Source: Candidatus Woesearchaeota archaeon
Lineage (GTDB): Archaea; Nanobdellota; Nanobdellia; Tiddalikarchaeales; Tiddalikarchaeaceae
Reading direction: 5' to 3'
Assembly (NCBI GenBank): GCA_964457955.1
Contig: CAYWEY010000005.1
Location: 923 to 64,922, forward strand
Length of the DNA stretch: 64,000 nt
The notes under the pieces are model-generated. The model worked only from the letters and a program-made list of their open reading frames with translations, was not told the origin of the DNA and ran no database searches. Positions 58,049-64,000 of the stretch are shown one piece after another (position 1 is the stretch's first letter; each line of letters begins with the position of its first letter). The position numbers were made by a program, and so were the translations under genes.

Positions 58049-58389
58049 AAAAAAAGATAAGTGAATGCATTCATTGCGGAATCTGCAATTCAAGATGTCC
58101 AACCCTAAGAGCAACAAGTAACGAGCATTACGGTCCGAGAGGAAGAGCATTAATGGTTAATAACAAGATAGTTGACAAAACATTTTATGAATGCACATTA
58201 TGCGGAGCATGTGAGGAAGAATGCCCAATTAATATAAAGATTGATTTAAGAAGAATAAGAGAATTGCTTGTTAAGGAAGGAATAGAAACTGAAGCGAATA
58301 GAGAGATGATAAAGAATATAAGAGAATACGGCAACCCGTTCGGAGAATTAAAAGAAGACGAGGTTCCTGACAAACTATACTGCTGCTGA
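58045..58389 (+). CDS. 2x[4Fe-4S] ferredoxin-like subunit (GlcF N-terminal-part-like)
   Basis: 'CIHCGICNSRCP' and 'CTLCGACEEECP' cluster motifs. Confidence 0.7.
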   Translation: MKKKISECIHCGICNSRCPTLRATSNEHYGPRGRALMVNNKIVDKTFYECTLCGACEEECPINIKIDLRRIRELLVKEGIETEANREMIKNIREYGNPFGELKEDEVPDKLYCC

Positions 58390-58437
58390 AATAAATCAAT
58401 ATTGTTTTAAAAAACCATTATTCTATTTATTATTAAA

Positions 58438-59505
58438 ATGAAAACAAGAATTATTAAGAGCAGTTCTTACAATGAAGAATTAATAAGAAAAAAAATAACT
58501 AAGAATATTTTCAATATTATTGAAGAAGGTGATAAAGTATTATTAAAACCCAACTTGTTGGCTTTGAAGAGTCCTGAAGAAATAGTGACCACAAACCCAA
58601 ATATTGTTAAAATAGTTGCTGAAAGAGTTAGAGAAAGAGGGGGAAAACCAATAATTTTTGATGCTCCTGGAGGACTGATTAATAACTTGTTGAACAAGAA
58701 AGTATTGAAGAAATTGTACAGAATAACGGGCATGAAAAAAGTAAGTGAAGAAACAGGAGCAGAATTATATTATGATACTGGTTCAAAATATTATCATTAT
58801 CCTAAGGGAAAGTTAACAAAAGGTTTTGAATTAATAACTATTATAGACAAAGTTGATAAAATAATCAATCTTCCTAAAATAAAAACCCATACTTTCATGG
58901 GACTCACTTGCGCAGTTAAGAATTGGTATGGGCTCTTGCCTCCAAGAAAAAAACTAGGTTATCATTCTAAAATGGCTGAGCCTGAAGTATTTGGAAAAAT
59001 GTTATTAGATCTTGCAGGATTCATCAATCCTGATATTACTATTGTTGACGGCATTATTGGAATGGAAGGTAACGGGCCTAGTGGGGGGAATCCTAAAAAA
59101 ATAGGTGTAATAATAACAGGCAGTGATGAAGTAGAAATAGATAGTACAGTTGCAAAGATTATAGGAATGCCTTTAAGCATTATTCCATACTTGAATAAAG
59201 ATGTTAAAGTTGGTGATGAATACTTGGTAAAGGATTTCAAACAGCCGCATACTTCTTTTTTAAGAAAATTTGCTGGATTTGCTCCAAAATTCTTGCGCAA
59301 CATAATTAATAATTTTTTTGTAGTCAAGCCAATAATAAATAAAGAATGTGTTGGTTGCGGAGTGTGCAGGGATAATTGTCCTGTAAGTGCAATAAAGATG
59401 AAAGAAGGCAAGGCAGTTATTAATCAGAACAAGTGCATCAGGTGTTATTGCTGCCATGAATTATGTCCTCATAAAGCAGTGAGTCTGAAAAACAGTTTGT
59501 TATAA
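58438..59505 (+). CDS. DUF362 domain protein with C-terminal 4Fe-4S dicluster ferredoxin domain
   Basis: 'VLLKPNLL' DUF362 start; C-terminal 'CVGCGVCRDNCP' and 'CIRCYCCHELCP' motifs. Confidence 0.6.
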   Translation: MKTRIIKSSSYNEELIRKKITKNIFNIIEEGDKVLLKPNLLALKSPEEIVTTNPNIVKIVAERVRERGGKPIIFDAPGGLINNLLNKKVLKKLYRITGMKKVSEETGAELYYDTGSKYYHYPKGKLTKGFELITIIDKVDKIINLPKIKTHTFMGLTCAVKNWYGLLPPRKKLGYHSKMAEPEVFGKMLLDLAGFINPDITIVDGIIGMEGNGPSGGNPKKIGVIITGSDEVEIDSTVAKIIGMPLSIIPYLNKDVKVGDEYLVKDFKQPHTSFLRKFAGFAPKFLRNIINNFFVVKPIINKECVGCGVCRDNCPVSAIKMKEGKAVINQNKCIRCYCCHELCPHKAVSLKNSLL

Positions 59506-60084
59506 GTGAGAAGTATTATTAAATTCTTTAATAATATTTTTATCATTAATCTTTACTATAGTTATGCTGCAGTTATCATAGTTTTTATCAACTTTCATAT
59601 CAAATAAGTTTTTCATAATGAGTCTTATGACTGCTTCATGAGTGACTACTAATACATTGCTTTCATAATTCTTCTTAAGATGTTTTAGGAAGTTATTCAC
59701 TCTTTTCCCAATATCTTCATAACTCTCGCCATCAGGGATTCTGAAACTATAACGAGATTCCTGCCTCTTATGATATATTTCAGGATATCTCTTCTTGACT
59801 TCTTCTTTATTCATTCCTTTCCATATTCCGAAATCAACCTCACTAATCCTTTCATCCTTTATTATCTCAAGATTGTGATTTTTATTTATTATTCTTGCAG
59901 TATGAAAATTACGTCTTAAAGGGCTTGAGAATATTATGCTTAATTCATAGTTTTTAAGTGCTTTTCCAGCATTCTCAGCCTGAACAACTCCTTTCCTGGT
60001 TAATTCATCCAGTTTCCCGTTCGAATAAGTGCTCGGCTCTAAATTACATTTTGCTTGACCGTGTCGTACAATAATTAATTTCAT
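59500..60084 (-). CDS. Histidine phosphatase family protein (phosphoglycerate mutase-like)
   Basis: 'LIIVRHGQAKCN' RHG catalytic motif at N-terminus; 194 aa. Confidence 0.75.
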   Translation of the reverse strand: MKLIIVRHGQAKCNLEPSTYSNGKLDELTRKGVVQAENAGKALKNYELSIIFSSPLRRNFHTARIINKNHNLEIIKDERISEVDFGIWKGMNKEEVKKRYPEIYHKRQESRYSFRIPDGESYEDIGKRVNNFLKHLKKNYESNVLVVTHEAVIRLIMKNLFDMKVDKNYDNCSITIVKINDKNIIKEFNNTSHL

Positions 60085-60114
60085 AATGATTTAATATTTA
60101 ATAAATTTTAAAAA

Positions 60115-61242
60115 ATGAATCGTTATTATTGTATGATAGTAACATTTATATTTGTATTTTTCTCTTTTTATCTTCTCATGACACTTAGTAATCAGTATTT
60201 CTTTAATTTAAGTAAAAAATATTTGCAGTCAAGAGAAGGAGTTAAGTACATAAGAAAAAAGTGGAATGAAAAAGCAGATAAAGAATTTTTTAAAAATAAT
60301 TTTTACTGCATTCACTGGGGGCAGAAAGAAAGTATTAAAAATTTTTTAAAATATTCCAATCCAGAGGTTGAAGTATGCGCTCAGGCTTACATGAATAATA
60401 ATTTCAACTGCAGATGGGTTGGGGGAATAGGAGTAATGATTGAAGGAGATATAACTCTTGCCGGAAATGATGATTTGCAGACAAACCAGTGGAGTAGTAT
60501 TACAAAAGAAGATGGTAAAAAATATACTTGGGCTGTTGAACGCCTTATTTTTGATGAAAAATCAACAGGCACGGGAGAGGAATCAATGTATGAATTCATT
60601 CTTGGAAAATGGGAATCTAAAAAAATAGTTTTTGATTTTGATAAAATAAGCATTAAAAATCCTGATAAACTGGAAAAACTAGTCCATAATTTTTCACGAT
60701 TTAATCTCCCTTTAATTGATTCCAAAGGCAGAGAACTTGATGCCGAAAACATGGATGAATATTTCTACATTAAGAATTATTCCCATATTGATGAAGAATC
60801 TGAAGGAGAAGATTATGGTTATATTAAGGAGAGTGAAAGTTGGGGCAAGAAAGGTGCAGGAATACTTGTGTATAATTCTTCTACAATGGAAATTTTATTA
60901 TTGAAGCGTTCTCCAAAAGTTAGTTTTGAACCTAAAACTTGGGGTGTTCCTGGAGGAGCGGTGAAGAAAGGAGTGAAGGATTCTTTAATAACTGCTGTTG
61001 CAGAATCAAAAGAAGAGATGAAAAATCTTCCGGAAGGAAGAATCAGAAAGTTTCCTTATGTTTACAAAAAAGAAGGAACTGATTTTACTTACGATACATA
61101 CATTCTTGAAACGAGTGAAGATTTTAGGCCCGAACTGAACTGGGAGAACACTAATTTTATGTGGACAAGAATAGACCAGATTCCTAAAAATATTGAATTA
61201 CATCCAGGAGTTAAGGAATTATTGGATAAATATAAATTTTGA
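60115..61242 (+). CDS. Hypothetical protein (375 aa) with N-terminal TM
   Basis: The C-terminal region resembles a Nudix fold loosely but lacks a canonical Nudix box; no confident family. Confidence 0.3.
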   Translation: MNRYYCMIVTFIFVFFSFYLLMTLSNQYFFNLSKKYLQSREGVKYIRKKWNEKADKEFFKNNFYCIHWGQKESIKNFLKYSNPEVEVCAQAYMNNNFNCRWVGGIGVMIEGDITLAGNDDLQTNQWSSITKEDGKKYTWAVERLIFDEKSTGTGEESMYEFILGKWESKKIVFDFDKISIKNPDKLEKLVHNFSRFNLPLIDSKGRELDAENMDEYFYIKNYSHIDEESEGEDYGYIKESESWGKKGAGILVYNSSTMEILLLKRSPKVSFEPKTWGVPGGAVKKGVKDSLITAVAESKEEMKNLPEGRIRKFPYVYKKEGTDFTYDTYILETSEDFRPELNWENTNFMWTRIDQIPKNIELHPGVKELLDKYKF

Positions 61243-61277
61243 TAAAACTTTTATATATTCTCTAATTTCTTGTTTTT

Positions 61278-64000
61278 ATGCGTAAATCAATCACTCCCAT
61301 TATTGGTATTGTTATTCTAAGTCTTATGACTATTGTTGCTGTGAGTGTTGCTTTCTTCTGGACAACTGGTGTACAATCAGTTCTTACTGAAGAAGCAGGA
61401 ACTTCAGTTGGTGCTGCATCAGTTTCTGATTGTTCCCGCCTAAGCATTGTCAGCGTGCGTGGTAACAGTATTACTGTAAGTAATACTGGTTGCGATACAG
61501 TTTCTAACATGTCTTTGGTTGTTGATGGTGTTCTTACTAATTATGGTTTGAATGAGTCCTTATCTCCTGGTGAAGCAACCACTGTTTCTTTTGTTGAACC
61601 AATGAGGGCGGGAGAGGAGCATTGCATAACTGTTACTTTACCTAGTGGTGTTAAGAGTACTGAATGCTCGAGTGCTGAGAGCAACACTGAATCAGCAGGT
61701 TATGCTCCGCAGTGCGAGACGAGCATTGACTGTTTTGATAATAATCCATGCACTAATGATAGTTGTGCTGATGGAGCTTGTTTTTATACAGATTTAGAAG
61801 GACAAACCACTAATTGCAGTGTTATAAGTGATTGTGGGGGTTTTGTATGCGCCTGCATGAGTGGTGTGTGCAGTGATAGTTGTGGTGATGGAACATGCCA
61901 ATCATGGGAATCATATTCTTCCTGCACTAATGATTGTGGTTTTTGCCAGGAAGTTGAGAATGATTGTTCTGAAACATGGTTTACTGGCAGTGTTACAACA
62001 ACGGATTATGATAACTGCTCTTGCTGCAGTACTGGTGACTATTTTTATAACGGAAGTGTTGGAGCAGATGCTCTTTACTGCTGGAATGGTTTAATAGAAT
62101 ATGATGTTGATAATACTCAGGAATCTTGGTGTGAAGATAACAGTTCTTTTGTTTGGTTTACTGGCAGTATTAATGGTTCTAACAGTCCCTGTTGTGGTGA
62201 TGATGTGAAATTAGATGTTTTTTATAATAGTAGTCTTTACTGTTATGAAGGAATATCAACTATTGAAGGTGATTTGGATAATAGTGTTTGTTACTGGAAA
62301 AATGAGAACTATACATGGTTTAATGATTTAAGTAAGTGCTGTGGTGATGACGGAATTGAGGATGACTTCTATAATGGCAGTATTAGTAATACAACATTTT
62401 TCTGTCAGGATGGATTATTTACAAAACAACTAATAGACAATAATGAGACTTTGTGCGATTCATGGGGTTATGAATGGTTCAATGGAAGTATAGAATATGG
62501 TGGCACATATTCTTTCAAGAATGATGATTTTGGGAGCAATCCTGAAGGATGGAGTACTATGGAGAGTGGGGGAACAGTTTATGTTATGGATGAATATAAT
62601 GGGCATAAAAAAATAGTTAAAATATATGATAGTGTGCAGTCATGTAATTCAGGTGGAAGAGTTTATTTCACTAACACTTTCTCAAGTCAAACAAATGGTT
62701 CAATAGAGTTCTGGTGGGCTAATGAGGATATGGAGGCTAGTTCAGGACCTTATGGATATGGTGGATGGTTCAGCATAGATGGAGCAAGTTCAGGCACTGA
62801 TGTTATAAGATTGTCCGCGAGCAATATTAATACTTTTGACTGGTATTGTGGAGGAAGCAGGGAGGACAGGATTTCTTTAGAAATAGGAGAATGGTATCAT
62901 GTAAGAGTAGATTTTGATTGTTCTACAGATGTTTATAGTGTATGGCTTAATGGAGAGTTGCTTGATGATGATTGTGCTTTTGAAACCAGTGTTTCCTCAA
63001 TTGACAAGTTCTGGTTCCACACTCCTGGTTGTGAGAAAAACATGATAGGTTATGTTGATTCAGTGAGTTATTCATGGGATGAATATTATGAAATAAGTGA
63101 TAATCTTGCACCAAGATGTTGTGGTGATGATAACAGCACAGACATTTTTTATAATGGAACAATAAATTCAACAAATAATTTCTGCCATGAAGGAATTTTT
63201 ATTAAAAATACTATTGATGAAGATGAATTATTATGCTCTTATTATAATTACACATGGTTAAGTAATATTAGTTCAGGCAATAATAGTGCATGCTGTGGAG
63301 ATGATTCTGAAATCGATAATTTTAACAATGAAACAAGCGGTTTCGGAAGCGTTTGTTATCAGGGAGATTATTATAATGCTTCTTTTGACCAATCGAAAAT
63401 AAATTGTGAAAGTAATGGATTCACATGGTTTAATGGAAGTATTGATTATCCAGCAACTTATAGTTTTACTTCAGAAAGTCAGGGCACTTCAGGAACAAGC
63501 ATTGACTTTATTGATGGTTGGAGTGATTATGCGGGAGTAAGAGAGTTGGAAGTCATGGATGAATACTTGGGTCATCATAAAGTGATTCGTGCTGAAGATA
63601 TGACTGATTGGAATGGTATGCGTGCAGATCATAACCTGGATGCTCCCCAGTCTCAGGGAACGATTGAGTGGTGGATGTTAATGACTGATAAGTACATCAG
63701 TGATCAGAGAGTACTGACTTATGTTATTGATTCAGGAAGCAATCTGGGTTGGAGGATTATGATGGAAAGAGGTAATTTCAGGGATAGTGAGGGCAACGAA
63801 CCAATGGCTTATGAAAATAATAAGTGGTATCATATCAGGGTTGATTTTGACTGCAATGCAGGAGAAAATGGATTATATGACTGGTATGTTAATGGTGAAT
63901 TAATGGGTAAAGATATTTATTTTGAAACAAATATTAGTGAAGTCACTACACTGGTTGCAGTAAGAGGGCATACAGGAACTTATTCAGAAGCTTATTTTGA
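61278..64000 (+). CDS. Giant surface protein, 3'-truncated at window edge: archaeal pilin-like N-terminus, conserved N-domain paralogous to 45306..47996, 'CGDGTCQSWES' motif, four or more 'CCGDD..F[YN]NG[ST]' Cys modules and two or more LamG/ConA-like lectin domains
   Basis: ATG at 61278 and open to window end. 'MRKSITPIIGIVILSLMTIVAVSVAFFW'. LamG-like 'EWYHVRVDFDCSTDVYSVWLNGEL' and 'KWYHIRVDFDCNAGENGLYDWYVNGEL'. Not in the ORF track because no stop lies within the window. Confidence 0.6.
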   Translation, partial: MRKSITPIIGIVILSLMTIVAVSVAFFWTTGVQSVLTEEAGTSVGAASVSDCSRLSIVSVRGNSITVSNTGCDTVSNMSLVVDGVLTNYGLNESLSPGEATTVSFVEPMRAGEEHCITVTLPSGVKSTECSSAESNTESAGYAPQCETSIDCFDNNPCTNDSCADGACFYTDLEGQTTNCSVISDCGGFVCACMSGVCSDSCGDGTCQSWESYSSCTNDCGFCQEVENDCSETWFTGSVTTTDYDNCSCCSTGDYFYNGSVGADALYCWNGLIEYDVDNTQESWCEDNSSFVWFTGSINGSNSPCCGDDVKLDVFYNSSLYCYEGISTIEGDLDNSVCYWKNENYTWFNDLSKCCGDDGIEDDFYNGSISNTTFFCQDGLFTKQLIDNNETLCDSWGYEWFNGSIEYGGTYSFKNDDFGSNPEGWSTMESGGTVYVMDEYNGHKKIVKIYDSVQSCNSGGRVYFTNTFSSQTNGSIEFWWANEDMEASSGPYGYGGWFSIDGASSGTDVIRLSASNINTFDWYCGGSREDRISLEIGEWYHVRVDFDCSTDVYSVWLNGELLDDDCAFETSVSSIDKFWFHTPGCEKNMIGYVDSVSYSWDEYYEISDNLAPRCCGDDNSTDIFYNGTINSTNNFCHEGIFIKNTIDEDELLCSYYNYTWLSNISSGNNSACCGDDSEIDNFNNETSGFGSVCYQGDYYNASFDQSKINCESNGFTWFNGSIDYPATYSFTSESQGTSGTSIDFIDGWSDYAGVRELEVMDEYLGHHKVIRAEDMTDWNGMRADHNLDAPQSQGTIEWWMLMTDKYISDQRVLTYVIDSGSNLGWRIMMERGNFRDSEGNEPMAYENNKWYHIRVDFDCNAGENGLYDWYVNGELMGKDIYFETNISEVTTLVAVRGHTGTYSEAYF

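Noticed and set aside
60115-61242. Nudix hydrolase call for the 375-aa ORF
   Set aside because: 'GGAVKKGVKDSLITAVAESKEEMK' lacks the conserved Gx5Ex7REUxEExGU spacing; left as hypothetical.
1-64000. CRISPR arrays, transposases/IS elements, integrases
   Set aside because: No regularly spaced short direct repeats and no recognisable transposase or integrase ORF were found on either strand.

Overview
This 64-kb window is AT-rich (by eye, well under 40% GC) and reads as an archaeal chromosome. The archaeal call rests on archaeal-type LeuRS, ThrRS, two-subunit PheRS and HisRS, tRNA-splicing endonuclease EndA, Hjc resolvase, NucS/EndoMS, ribosomal protein S17e, GAPOR, intron-containing tRNA-Trp, and class-III (prepilin-like) signal peptides. 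Genes are tightly packed and often overlap by 4 nt (ATGA junctions). Together with many giant secreted proteins, this suggests a small-genome DPANN-like archaeon; that is inference only.

The backbone has five aaRS genes, S17e, EndA, two tRNAs (Trp with a 45-nt intron; His with encoded G-1), a glycolytic trio (class II aldolase, TIM, GAPOR), Hjc and NucS. It also carries a CopB-like P-type ATPase, an MFS transporter, a Trx-CcdA fusion, a split GlcF/GlcD-like oxidoreductase set, a lone AmmeMemoRadiSam radical-SAM gene with a hemerythrin, a DUF362 protein, and a histidine phosphatase.

Interspersed are at least seven very large surface proteins:
- FG-GAP beta-propellers.
- CARDB-like Ig repeats.
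- Two paralogous Cys-rich receptor-like proteins with cytoplasmic tandem zinc ribbons.
- Two proteins with archaeal pilin-like N-termini, plus LamG and 'CCGDD' modules.

Candidate novel content:
1. A three-gene overlapping operon (37890-42759) between glycolysis genes and a kinase gene. It encodes a 781-aa metallophosphoesterase with SbcD/Mre11-like motif order and two paralogous basic-repeat proteins.
2. The zinc-ribbon-TM-Cys-rich ectodomain receptor-like paralogs. Nearby are a Met-less zinc-ribbon ORF and a T18 homopolymer.
3. Recurrent Cys-rich modules carrying a conserved N-glycosylation sequon.

Several genes (zupT, dCMP deaminase) are broken exactly at homopolymers. This could be genome decay or homopolymer sequencing error, and the raw sequence cannot distinguish them.

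No CRISPR array or obvious transposase was seen.
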